The notes under the pieces: model-generated | What the model saw: only the letters and a program-made list of their open reading frames with translations | Told to the model about the DNA's origin: nothing | Databases searched by the model: none | Source of the DNA: Ruditapes philippinarum | Taxonomy: Eukaryota | Reading direction: 5' to 3' | Assembly: GCF_026571515.1 (NCBI RefSeq) | Contig: NW_026861540.1 | Span: forward strand, 186,001-250,000 | DNA length: 64,000 bases | Made by a program: the position numbers and the translations under genes | In this document: one piece after another, positions 21,901-33,988 of the stretch | Position numbering within the stretch: position 1 is the first letter of the stretch | Layout: the number at the start of each line of letters is the position of its first letter

Positions 21901-23038
21901 ACATTTGAATTTTAGTTTCCTTGGACTGTGGCCAATTGAAGTTAGTTAGATTTGCCCCCCCCCCCCCCTGTTACTCACACCTTTGGAAGCCACAGTCAAT
22001 ATCCTCTCTCTTGATAGGCGGCTTTTACATTGTTTCTCCTGTACCCTTCATCACTGTAGGTTCGAATCCCGGTAGGGATTTTGAATTCTTACATCAGAAG
22101 AAGCTAGCTTACGGAAGGTCGGTGGTTCTACTCAGATGCCCCCTCGTGCCTGAAACATTGTACGAAAAGGCATCTGAGATCTTCCTCCACCAGTAAAGTC
22201 GCCGTTTGACCCTTAATTTCAGAGTCGAAATGACTTAAAATCTTACAGAACAGTATATAATATATCCTGTCTCCAGCTTTAAGTCACGTGGTATCAAAAT
22301 ATTCCATGATAGAAACGTACGGGATATAGACCTAATTTAAAGTAAGACGAAAAGTAGACTTCTATCATTTTTAAATGTATAATGTCATATGGGAAGATAT
22401 AAAAGGGAATGGAAGCACCCTATCGTCCAAAACTACGAAATACCGGTGGGGACATTTCAACTTCATGAATTCCCGATTTCATCTTCGTAAATACATAATT
22501 TTAATTTCGTGAATTGACGTAATTAACGAGTTCACGAATTTAAGTTCACGAATTCACGATTTCAAGTTCTCAAATTCACGATGTCAATTTCACGAATTCA
22601 AGATTTCAACTTCTTGATTTAACGATTTCAACTTCAGGAATTCAACTTCGTGAATTCACGATTTCAACATCGGGAATTCGCGATTTTAAATTCATGAAGT
22701 CACGATTTCAAGTCCATGAATTCACGATTTCATCTTCACAAATTCACGATTTCAAGTTCATGAATTCACTATTTCAACTTCACGAATTCATGATGAAGTT
22801 GAAATCGTGAATTCGTAAAGTTGAAATTGTGAACATATGAAGATGAAATTGGGAATTTATGAAGTTGAAATGTCCCCACTGGTCTTTCGTAAAAACCGAG
22901 TGATACACTATCTTTACCTATGAAAACATGTCGACCAGCTTCACAACTTTAATGTTTTATTTCAGGTGTGAATACGAGAAAGCCATGTGTACACATAGAA
23001 ATATCATGATCGTAGACTGTCATCTTAAAAGGCACTAA
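18914..23038 (+). CDS. Double Kazal-domain inhibitor-like gene, copy 4 (154 aa; alternative ATG at 18935). Exons 18914-18974, 20717-20834, 21234-21446, 22966-23038
   Basis: MKYGKRTMFVLLAAILCCFNGVVNGDIYYSCSYINTPSVDCSRFSDDLTCATNLVTYKNKCEFSKAHCRDSTIDIKHYGNC...FFCTHLSHTNCPVGGTKICASDGRIYDNACEYEKAMCTHRNIMIVDCHLKRH*. Phases 1,2,2; exon 3 is again 213 nt; AATAAA at 23055 and 23083. Confidence 0.9.
19030..19102 (-). mobile_element. tRNA-derived SINE head fragment
   Basis: Minus strand TAGCCCAGTTG (A-box-like) ... GGATTCGAGTCCC (B-box-like). Confidence 0.45.
19662..20640. mobile_element. PIF/Harbinger-type MITE, 979 bp, TAA target site duplication
   Basis: TAA|TGCTGTGTTCTCACCGCCGATCAGATCAACTC ... GAGTTGATCTGATCGGCGGTGAGAACAAAGTA|TAA. 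The 32-bp TIR has 2 mismatches. Confidence 0.85.
21718..21803 (+). repeat. 19-bp G-rich minisatellite x ~4
   Basis: CATTTAGGGATGGGATG(A/G)T units start at 21718, 21737, 21756 and 21775. Confidence 0.85.
22045..22240 (+). mobile_element. tRNA-derived SINE, family A
   Basis: GGTTCGAATCCCGG B box; GCTAGCTTACGGAAGGTCGGTGGTTCTACTCAG...TCTTCCTCCACCAG body. Confidence 0.7.
22436..22889. mobile_element. Foldback MITE with TA target site duplication and ~21-bp internal repeats
   Basis: TA|CGAAATACCGGTGGGGACATTTCAACTTCAT ... ATGAAGTTGAAATGTCCCCACTGGTCTTTCG|TA. The interior is (GAATTCACGATTTCAACTTCA)n, which switches orientation near 22790. Confidence 0.85.
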
Positions 23039-23354
23039 ACAATTCTGGTGCTGGAATAAAATTTGATGTAACATTATCATGTAATAAAATGTGTTGATGG
23101 AAATTTTGTAGAATGTAGTTCATTTTGAGGCCAATTTACAGATAAATGAACGAAAAATTCAAAACGAAGAAATGAAAATTTTGTGTGTGTATCTCTTTAA
23201 CGAAGGGTTATCGCTAAATTTGCTAACTTGGGACGTTAAAAGCTGGGAAGTAAAATCAGCTTTTTGGGAAAACTGCATGATTTTAAAGAAAATTACCGTT
23301 GGGGTGAGGTCTTTTATAGGTCCCTGTTATATAAGGTGAAAAATCACTTAATTA

Positions 23355-23530
23355 AGAAATAATATATCCCAAACAGTGATTTTATCGCTCATTAACATCA
23401 CTGTATGGAGTTCGAATGACGAAGGTGTATAGCCGGAGCGATATAATGATGAACATCCGAACGACAAACAGTGATTTTATCACGCGATAAAATCACCAAT
23501 TTGGATATATTATTTCGATTCTAACACGGC
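23355..23530. repeat. Nested-palindrome element end
   Basis: AAATAATATATCC...GGATATATTATTT flanks inner CAGTGATTTTATC repeats. A further 14-bp hairpin lies at 24356-24388. Confidence 0.5.
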
Positions 23531-23771
23531 ATCAACAAATATATGCTGCGGCACCTGATATAAACCTAAATTGCGCCGGATTTGTTTCCGTACTTATTTT
23601 CAGCGCGTCAAATTTTAGTGGTTACGTCACGTGTATAATGATTAATTCATATGTCTAACTAAAGAACGTCAAACTATGATTTTAGTAATAGAAAGAGCAT
23701 CGAAACACGAGGATATCTGATTTGTACGATCCCCCCCCCCCGAGTATTAATCAGATTGCCGAGTGTTTTGA

Positions 23772-24242
23772 TGTTCTTTCTCTTTGTATCATAGTCAAAC
23801 ATAAAAACACGTTCCCTGTTGTCACAATTTGAAACCCCGGGAAAAAGTCACAGGGACCCAGCAGTGTTAGGATAATGTAAAAAGGTAATTCTAGAAAAAA
23901 ATATACTGTATATACTGTATATATAATATATAGTGTTGGAATAGTATAAAAAGGTACCGGTAATTCTAGAAAAAATGTTCTTTCTCTTTTGTATCATAGT
24001 CAAACATAAAAACACGTTCCCTGTTGTCACAATTTGAAACCCCGGGAAAAATTCACAGGGACCCAGCATAGTGTTGGGATAGTGTAAAAAGGTAATTCTA
24101 AAAAAAATATACTGTATATATGATATATAGTGTTGGAATAGTATAAAAAAGTACCAGTAATTCTAGAAAAAATGTTCTTTCTCTTTTGTATCATTGTCAA
24201 ACATAAAAACACGTTCCCTGTTGTCACAATATGAAACCCTTG
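23772..24242. repeat. Tandem repeat, ~200 bp x 2.3
   Basis: TGTTCTTTCTCTTT(T)GTATCAT(A/T)GTCAAACATAAAAACACGTTCCCTGTTGTCACAAT at ~23772, ~23975 and ~24173. Confidence 0.85.
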
Positions 24243-26347
24243 ATAAAAAGAAACCAATGAACGAGCATCGGAATATGATATTTCTGTTGCTTTCCCTTTC
24301 TCTGCCTTAAAAATAAGTAAACCCCAGCAAAAATGAACCAATCAATGACCATGCTCTGGAGTGCGGGTAACTAATACCTGCACTCCAGTTACCGCACTGT
24401 GCATGTATATTATACGATTTAACTCTGACACATTTTCAACAGAAAGGTCCCCAAACTATGATACAATAATGTGGTAATACATAGGTGACCGTGATTATAA
24501 TGAACTCATTCTTATTTTGAAACCATTATTTCGGTAACATCTTTATCTTTTAATGTTGTATAACACTGACGCATTGGTACAATATGATACAGTACATAGA
24601 TAAGACACTTCCGTTATGCTTTAAATAGAATATTTAAGGGCTTTTAATAAATCTTAGATATCAGGCCTTCGTCTTCAAAACGTTACTGACCAACTTATTT
24701 CTGCCAGGTAATGTTATAAAGTTGCATTGTATAAAGGTCCCAGTGACCTTTACACTTAAATTACAAAATTAATTAAAAATTTCATGACAACTTTCCATAT
24801 CTTTATCTGTGTCACATGAAAAAGGAGAGTATTTCATATACACAAAGTCATGATATTGGCCTCGGACAGTGACCTACACCTATAAACTGTTAAGTTATAT
24901 AGAACTTGGATTAGAAAACTAGACTTTTCACTAAAATATAGTTATTACAAAAATATCAAAATTCATGTTAGAAGTATGGGTCCTGCACGTGTGACCTCAA
25001 AGACGTAATTAACATGATACCTGAAGTGGTTATAATGCAAAACTTTAACCAGAATGCCCTCAAAAAGAATACTCTTTAGTCATCATCCAGGAAAAAGTTA
25101 CTTTAGCATGGGTCTGGAAAGTGACCTTCAACTATGGCCTCAGAGACATGTGCTGAACTTTAATAAACATGTTATACAGGGTGTTTCATAAAATCTGTCC
25201 TCATTTTAAAACAGCTTTATTTGATCATTTCAAAACACATACAATTTGTTTACCTGTCAACTAGTCTCAATATTTCGACTGCAAGACCGACCGATTTTAC
25301 ATCTGATATTACCCAGATGTCGGTCTTTATGAAGGGCGACTATTGTATAGATAATAAAAATCTCTGACACACAATTTGTTGGGCAACCAGTCAACATGAA
25401 TTTGATGTCAGCAAACTTAGAATTAAACAAATTCATTCTTATGAGATCAACAAGTGTATGACAATTTTTATAATTAAATATCTCAGGCAAGTGGTGTACA
25501 AGCCCTAAATATCCATTGTCATGCACAATCTATCCTATGAATTTAATAGATAAATGGTACTGAACTTGTCATACATAAATTTTATATGCTCAAAACTCTT
25601 TCTTTCAAGTGTGATTCAAAAACTGGTTTTCATTCATTGCTTTATTTAAATACATGTATATACAAATGTACAAATATCTTTAATACATTGTTATATTGTT
25701 ATGTATTTCAGAAATTAAGTAAAATGATCAAAATTGATTACAAACAAAGCTCACTGACAAAAATTGTTAACAAACAATATAAACTTATTAACTTAAACCA
25801 TAAATTTCATTGTGGCTCAGAAAAAACATCCATGTACAAAATCCATAAACCATAAAGTTGATGGAACATCAATATAATGATAACATAAACATAAAATATG
25901 TTTAAACTAATATAATGATAAGATGATAATGTAAAACATTATCAGGCTTCTTGATATTCCTTACATTACATGATTTATCTTGAAACTGTCTTAAAATAGT
26001 GATTTTATAAGACATGTCAAAATATGTAATGATTTTAATTCATATTGCACTGTTTAACCATTTTAACTTTTAGACCATATGAACACATGGCTAAGAGCAG
26101 TTGCTAAAAGCGCTACCATTTCTTTCATGTAAGAGAACATATAGATTGTGTAATAACATTCAAAATGGCTACGTGTACCATTCACAATGTTTATGTAATA
26201 AAACATGCTTATTTGCAATAGCTAAGATGCTAATCCTGTACTGAAGTTTGTAAGGAGTTAAGAAATGAATGCTTACTGAAATAAACATGCCTTATTTTTT
26301 TTCTATAACTTTCATACATGTTTGTACGTCACTACACAATATACTGA

Positions 26348-29300
26348 TCATTCCTGGGACGATTCTTGTGACTGCAAGTTCCTCTCAAACATGTCTTTCA
26401 GTATCACTATACTATTGTTATATTTGAGTTCATTTATTCGTGCTGCGTTAATCCACGACTGTCGGATATTCTTCCATCGTGCCATGTGACGTAATAAAAG
26501 CTCCTCCGGTGCTGGGCCTAGGTCAGGATCCTGCAAATAGGAAATTTCACACCAATTATCTCCAAGCACTGATATTTTCTTTCATGAAAGATAACTAAAG
26601 ATCCTGTATGTTTTGTGATTGATATTGTTACTGAGTGTATACCACACTTGCAAAAAATAATATATTTATATGATTATGCAAATTAAATAATTTTCAAACA
26701 TCAAGGAATATGTAAATTGGGTACTGCAAATATTTATGCACATTATATTTAATCATTAAATTATACGCATTTATTTCTTATTGGAAAATTTGACTTAAAA
26801 TTTATAGAAAATAAATTTCTAATTACCTCCCTTTATTTACATGAAATGTTAAATTCGGTAATATCTTTATAAATAATGCTTATTGGAACTTACAATATTG
26901 ACAAATCTTAATTTGAGCATCATATTTATTAAACAAAACCATGAAAAAAATGTGTTACAGGATCTTTAATTTGTAATAAATATCTAATTAAAGAAGATCC
27001 ACTGAGAGTAAGGAAACATATTAAACAAGATTTAAAAGTGAAAATTGCAGACCCGTTAAAGTCTGGTCATGGCAGACAATGGAAAATGCAACTTATATCA
27101 TGCCCACCTAGCACCGGATTCAGAAAAATTCAATAATCCTAAACACAATAAAGGACCGTAAATAGAGGTTGCTGCATGAGTTTAAGTCCATTACTGAATT
27201 GATTGAATAAGTTGAATAAAATAATATTATGCAAACCTCTGGCAAGCATATTATTCTATTCAACAAGTTCAATAAATTCAGTAATGAACTTACATGATTA
27301 TAATATTCTATTTTTCACATACCCAAAATAAAAGACTATTTAAAGAATCCTTTCTCATTGACGCGCTTGAAGTATAACACTAACAATTAGCGTGTCTTTA
27401 CACTATGTTTGTATAATGCAAATGACATCCACATCAAAATATATGCACTGTCATGCAATACCATTTTTTTGGAGTTGCAAAAGTAGCATTGGTATGTGAT
27501 ATTAAATGATTCTGAACTTGTTGAATAGAATAATATTATGCAATCATAATAATATTTTCTTCAACACGTCCAATAAATTCAGTAATGAACTTGATTATCA
27601 TATTCTATTTATCATATACCCAAAATATAGACTACATGTATTTAAAGTGAAAAAGAATCATTTTCAATTGACGAGGTTATAGTGTAACACTATGTTTGTA
27701 TAGCGCAAATGACATTCATGTCAGAATGTATGCATGGCAGTGCAATACCATTTTTTTTGGAGTCACAAAACCGGCAAGGGTATGTGATATTAAATGATTC
27801 TGAAGGACCAGAAAATACATGTATATAGGCACTGAAGTGAAGTATGGGACATCTTTTTACAGTTGTCCTGCAGCATTAGGAATAATTCATCTAGAAACCA
27901 AGCACTAAACTATACCTTGTGAATATCTAAAGGTGCATCATTGGACAGAATAGGTGGTGGTATTCTCGTGTCTTGGTAACCAACTCCTCGTTCAAACTTC
28001 AGCTTGATTGGTGTGGGCATCTTGAACACATTAGTTGGGTCATCCTGAATTGTATAAGTTTAGATAACACTTAGCAGTTTGCTTAGCCCTTACTACACGA
28101 AATATCTTAAATAGACTTGTCAATTCTTAAATCTGGACTGAAGCATTCAGTGATTTTTAGGGAAAATTTTAAAATATGTACAGACTGAACAGCAAACAGT
28201 GCAGACCATGATCAGACAGCATAGATGTGCTTGAACTTGTTCTGCAGTACCACTAGGATAGAATCAGCTGATAATATAATATTTTTTTCATGATATCTTA
28301 CAATCACTTTTATTAATGTTAATAAATATGATTTTTTTATCCTTACAGAAAGTTCAAAAGTTTTTCATTTTGGATACAAGTTAAAACTCTTAATAACATG
28401 CATAAATAAATTAATTTGCTATCATACATAGCCTGTATTAAGTGAAAAACTATTAAGCTAATTGGAAATAGTCTGCTTCAAACCTTTTCATCGGCACTAC
28501 TTTCTCCTTGTGAAGACTCTGCCTCGTCGGTGGCAGAATTGTCCTTCATCCATGCTCGTGCAATGGGATATAATGGTGTGTTTTCATTAAACTGTGCTAG
28601 ATCAACGCTTCGGTCAAATAACTTCATGATATAAGTTGTATCTATAACAGAAAGTTTACCTCATTAAATAAAATTATACAAATGGGAATATATACCTTAA
28701 GAATTTTTGCTTTGAGAAGAAATTTACTACATGTGTCTATGTATTAACAATTTTTGTATGCAGATTTTATATGTGATTTCAATAAGGCTGCCATTGAAAT
28801 CCTAGATTTCAGATTCAGAAATCCGGTTGTCTGTCCAATTGAGGATTTCCTGATTTCTGGTGTTTTATTGGTGGAATTCCTATAAATTACATGGATTTGT
28901 ATTGCTATTAAGGCATTTTCTATTGATGACTTTTTTTATTATTTAATACCTATGTTGCTTTGGTTTCCTATCAGAAAAATTATTATGACTATCAAAATAT
29001 TAAAATAGCATCTGTTGTGCATTATACCTTGCAACATGTGTAAAATGCCAAATTAAATGACAGTTCTTAACCAAGCTAAAACTTGAAAAGATACAGAAAA
29101 CAGTGACAGATAATAGTTTAACTGTAAAATTCTTATTCTTGGTGTTAGGGTTTTACAGTAACACCATCAATGTCAAGGCTATATGGTATCTTTTAAGCTA
29201 TTTTTATGGGAAAAGACCTTAATGCTTATTGAGCTTTATTCACAATTTCATGAACCAGAATAGGAAAGGCTTCCTTAAACTCATTATGCTACTCCGAAAA

Positions 29301-31840
29301 TGTAATCATTTTAAATGCCACAAAGGTTTATGTTTTACTTCCAAAAGCACACATGAACTTACATTGTATGCCACTAGACACGTCACAACCAATGAACCCA
29401 CTAACACATGTACCTTTGCTGTGCAGTGAATATAATAATAACACTTATCACACAACAGTACCGGTTTTACAACTCCTTAGAAATGGCTTTGCACGGCTGT
29501 GCATATATTTTGACGTGACATCATTTTCTTTATATAAACATGGCTTCAAGATGCCCTAAGTAAGCGTTATACTATATGCCTGTCAATGAAAAATGGTTCT
29601 TTTCACTTCAAATGGTCTATATTTTTGGTATTTATAATTTGATAAATAGAATATTAAATTTGTATAAGTTTAATACTGAATTTATTGAACTTGTTCAATA
29701 AAATAATATCATGCTTGCTAGAGGTTCGGATAATATAAATCTATTCAACGTGTTCAATAATTCAGTATTAAACTTACACATATTCAATATCCTCTATATA
29801 CAGTTCTCTACTTACGATGATATTTTGACCCTGCGTCAGTGGCATCCATGCTATCATGTTTACGTTTTCTTTTCTTTGATCTCTGTGAGCTACTGGGGAT
29901 GAGGCGCTTCACTGGCGACGCTGCCGGGGATCCACTACTTCTAACAACTGGTACATTAATTGGTAACTGAATATCTGGCTCATCATCACTCTCTGCAGTG
30001 CTAAAATGGTCGAGCAAAATACAATCACTATCTAATGTGTATATACATAAAAATAATCCTAAAGGGTTTTTACTGAGCTTAATTTTGGCATGACTTGAAA
30101 ATAATTTTTCAAGATTAAACTTTTGAATCAATGTAGGTCTAGACCAATAACTAGTGTTATTACAATTTCAGCTCTTGAGGTCACATCTTTTTTCCATTAT
30201 TTTGATAGTGAAAAATTACCCAAAAGTGAAAAGTGTTGCAGAATCGGTCTAAGAGAAATACAAAATCATGATTTCCAAATAAAGTCGAAGTATATTTCTA
30301 CATTATCTTTTGCATACCATTCTGTTTTAAGTGCTCCAGCTGATAAGTGAAAAAAATTCAAATTTAATATTTTAGGCTTTTGTTTATCAGTGGAGTGGAC
30401 CTCAGTTGAGTTCTTTTATATAAATGTCTTGGCAAACCAATCTTTGGATTTTTGCAGGCCTGAAAATGATTTTACATGCCTTAGGCATCCGGCACAAACT
30501 GGGTAAAAAAAAATGTTGGCAACTTGGCATACCTTTCAGCACTTTCATCTTTTTTGTCCACCAGTAATTGTAAGGTGGCATCTAACCGTGTTCTTGCATT
30601 GCTCACCTCTGAAAAATTTGATAATGTCTCTTGAAACAGTTTCATGCTATCTGTGACATTCAGGTGCTTATTGTCAATTGTAAAAAGCTGTGTTAGTTTC
30701 CTTAACTGATTATTATTATATTTACAGGGCATTTTCACCCTATCACTAGCTGCTGAAATAAGGCCTCACTCTTATTTCAAAATAGCTGCCCTCTTTTAAT
30801 CTCCATTTTCAAATAAGTAAAATTCACAACAGCAGCCAAAAATATTGAAATACTGTATTTCTTATTTTAAAAAAAAGGTTGGTATACTTTGCAGACAAGT
30901 CAAACAAAGAAGGGGTTTAGCTTTTGCAGAAATAGATTGCAAAATGTGTCTTTGTTTAACTTACAAGATACAAGAAAGTTTATTTTAAGTCGGTTTACAT
31001 ATTACAAGAAACATTAGCTAATAAGCTATTTACCGACAATAACAAAGGCATAAAACATATTTACTAAAATAAAACAGATCTGAAAGTAAAAAAATATAAA
31101 ACTAGTAGCAGCATTAAGCATGAAATAAAAGTATCAAGGTTAAGAAGAACTTTACAATAAGATGGTAAATTAAGGCATAGTTTGATGACATGCACAGTAC
31201 ATATTGTATTAAAGGTAATAACAGTTTATAAAAATAATAAATGACTGTAGTCTAGAAATTTAAGTATGATACATGTAGCAATGTGAAATAAATAAAAATA
31301 ATAATAATAAAAATATAAAACTAATAAAGTAGTATTAATAGTTATAGACTTGCTTGCAAAGTCTATCTGCAAAGTATACCTACCTGTAAAAATCGTTGAA
31401 AAGTCATACATGCATCATGTAGTTTAATATTAAATACCTTTAAAATAAATTATCAAATTTCAAAACATGCTTAATAATTTTCCCAATTATAGATATGATA
31501 TTGCTTGGAAATACCCCTTTAACTAAACATGAACTTTTTAGTTTCCAGAGAACATGTCACGAGATAAAAGGTTAGACAATAACTATAATACATTTACAAG
31601 AGAAGGCAAACAAAACAATAGTTAAAACAATTGAAAATTAAACTAACATACGGGCCGAAGTGTCTCACGGAAAAGGGTCGGATCGTCTTGGGGCCGAGTT
31701 AGTTTGTGGACGAAACGTCCTGTTTGCTTGTTTATAAAACAGATAAATTTATATCAAGGAAACATTGTTCATGATATATTCGCATACTTACCTTTGGTAT
31801 AGAGACTTCTACCAGGTTTTGCCTTTGTCGACAAATACAT
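26348..31840 (-). CDS. LIN37: Protein lin-37 homolog (MuvB/DREAM core subunit), 259 aa. Exons 31840-31792, 30608-30533, 30000-29816, 28641-28484, 28044-27916, 26530-26348
   Basis: 780-nt spliced ORF with all GT-AG junctions in phase. Diagnostic blocks: [16 protein letters not shown], basic [42 protein letters not shown] and [12 protein letters not shown]...ILKDMFER, all matching recalled vertebrate LIN37 motifs. Exon 1 is less certain than exons 2-6. Confidence 0.93.
27180..27805. repeat. Palindromic dispersed element with a ~295-bp tandem duplication in LIN37 intron 5
   Basis: ACTGAATTT(G)ATTGAA...TTCAATAAATTCAGT hairpin. CATACCCAAAATA...GATATTAAATGATTCTGAA occurs twice; related copies at 29665-29800 and ~37565-37610. 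Confidence 0.65.
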
Positions 31841-32076
31841 AGTTCATTAATTATTTGAGAAAAAATTCACAGCAATTGTTGTTGTTGTTTTCAAAAAGAA
31901 CAAGGCTAATATGTCGTCAATGAAAAATTAACGCACGGACGTTGTCGTCTTTACATATCAAGTAGATGCGGGTCACAAAGTATTTAAATCTAAAATGTAA
32001 GCAGTGGTAGCTTTCCAAATCAACACAAAATATACCATATTATTGTTAGATCATGGAGTTTCATCTTCATGTCCGT

Positions 32077-32190
32077 CGCCCGGGTTGCACTAACGTTCTC
32101 AAAGTCAAAATCTCAGCTCAAATTTGAGATTTTTCTCAACTCAACTTAGATTGAGATCTGCTGTTTGAGGACGTTAGTTAAAGCAGGGCC
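32077..32190. mobile_element. Short Tourist-like MITE ~240 bp upstream of the LIN37 start codon
   Basis: GCCCGGGTTGCACTAACGTTCTCAAA ... TTTGAGGACGTTAGTTAAAGCAGGGCC imperfect TIRs. Confidence 0.55.
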
Positions 32191-32804
32191 AGCTAGTTAG
32201 ATGTATAACAGATATACATAGATCTATTTCTTTGAATATACAAAAAAAAGAAAGAAAATATCTAAATTTAGGAACTGATTTTTTTCAATGCAATTTAAGT
32301 AATAATTCGCTGCATATCTATATTTTATAATGCTTCTACCACAGATCTATATTTAATATCTGCACAGATATACATACATCTATAAAAAAGCTCCATGATA
32401 TCTGTTATTTAAGTCTTTGCTTCTATACAGATCAATGTTCACGTGCAGCCTGGGACAGTTTGACTGTGATAATTGTTATTCTTTCCCAGCGATTAATATA
32501 TCCTTCTTAACCTTGCGGGTATTTCTACTATAGACCTTTTCCTGTTATACAACTAACAAATATTCCAGCTCTAAACCATTTTAGTCACTTGTGGCTGTCA
32601 ACTTATTCATATTAAAACAACATTTGAGATAAGCGGCTAAAATTTCCCTTTGTGTTGGGTAGGGACAAAAACACAATTATGCCGATTTCTTTCCCCTAAA
32701 GCTCACTTATTTCTTCTATATTTTCTAACATATTAAAAATTAAAAGACAAAATATAATTTTGACTGTATTCAATAGCATTTACATATATATGCCTTAACC
32801 GGTC

Positions 32805-33032
32805 TGTTGGGTAAAAGACGTTTGACGTCTTTTTACAGTACCGCTCAAATGTGATTGGACGTCCTAATTCTGTCTGTGACGTAACAAATAGAGCATGGTA
32901 ACCGCAAAATGCGGCCACATTTTAACAGAGACGTAAATTATGGAAGAAAATGTGAGAATTAATACCAGACAACTAGATAAAAACACATATAAAGGTACTT
33001 CTATTGTATATTCTAACATTAGAAATCACAAT
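32805..33032 (+). promoter_or_regulatory. Promoter-like block A with candidate first coding exon 32940-32994 (MEENVRINTRQLDKNTYK)
   Basis: TGACGTC, ATTGG (reverse CCAAT) and TGACGTAA motifs, then ATG...AAAG|GTACTT. The block is duplicated at 37213-37452. Confidence 0.4.
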
Positions 33033-33443
33033 ATGTGATTTATGATCCGGTAAAATCCACTCGGCAAAAAATCGCCCGACGACTGTTTCATTCATGACCA
33101 CGCAAGGTATCAGATTTAAAATCGCACGGCGTCCACGACATCAAAAAATCTGCCGATTTTATAAAAATCGTTTAATCGGACGGCTCCCGTTTTATTTGTG
33201 ACCTAGGCATAATGCATAATTTTCCGGATATATAAAAAATAACAATATTTATATAATTATACTTATATCTGGGCTTTTATAACTGTAGGCCTATTTATGA
33301 TTCCTGAAACATGACGATTTGGACGAAAGTATAACAAAATATTCATAGTTTCTAATAAAGTAGACCAGTGTCTTATTGGTATTTCGTTTTCGATTCTAGA
33401 CTGTCAGTGAAGTAACCTACATTACCATATTCTCTATAATTAA

Positions 33444-33738
33444 TGGCCCATTTACCTGAACCATCTTTTGTGTCTGTTGGTTTTAAGCAATTAGTACAGA
33501 TATAGTCATTTAGTATTTTGTATGGTAGTCAAAATACTACTAATAACTTTGTTTACATTTCGTTACTTTTATAATTTCACATTCAGTGCTGCTTTCTTTA
33601 TGTTATAAGCATGTAACATACATAGAACCATTATTCAAACGTTATAAAACCTTTTGCTTTTTCCTGGGATACACGATTATCGTATGTCCCAGCTTTTTCT
33701 AAAGGGGGTGAAATTTTTTACTTAGGCATAATGTGCCT
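33444..33738. mobile_element. Kolobok-like MITE (internally deleted)
   Basis: TTAA|TGGCCCATT ... GGCATAATGTGCCT|TTTA; same family as the copies at 5533 and 40450. Confidence 0.6.
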
Positions 33739-33988
33739 TTTATGCTTTATATTGCAATTTAGACAAAAAGTTGAATGACTTGGTGACAGTGAATATGCAT
33801 AACCCCTAAAAATTAAAATGAAAGTAATACTGCATGGTAGTCATCATAATCAAAGAAAATATACAGTACCAATTATATAATATAACATAATGTAATATAT
33901 ATTTTCATATCTCAAACACCATATGCTGCTCCATTTAAAAAGTCGCCTGATGATATATTTTATATGTATGCGCACTTGAATCATTATT

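Noticed and set aside
31890-31895. TTTGAA (CHR-like element) 50 bp upstream of the LIN37 ATG, suggesting DREAM autoregulation
   Set aside because: The hexamer is frequent in this AT-rich window and no adjacent CDE/E2F site is evident.
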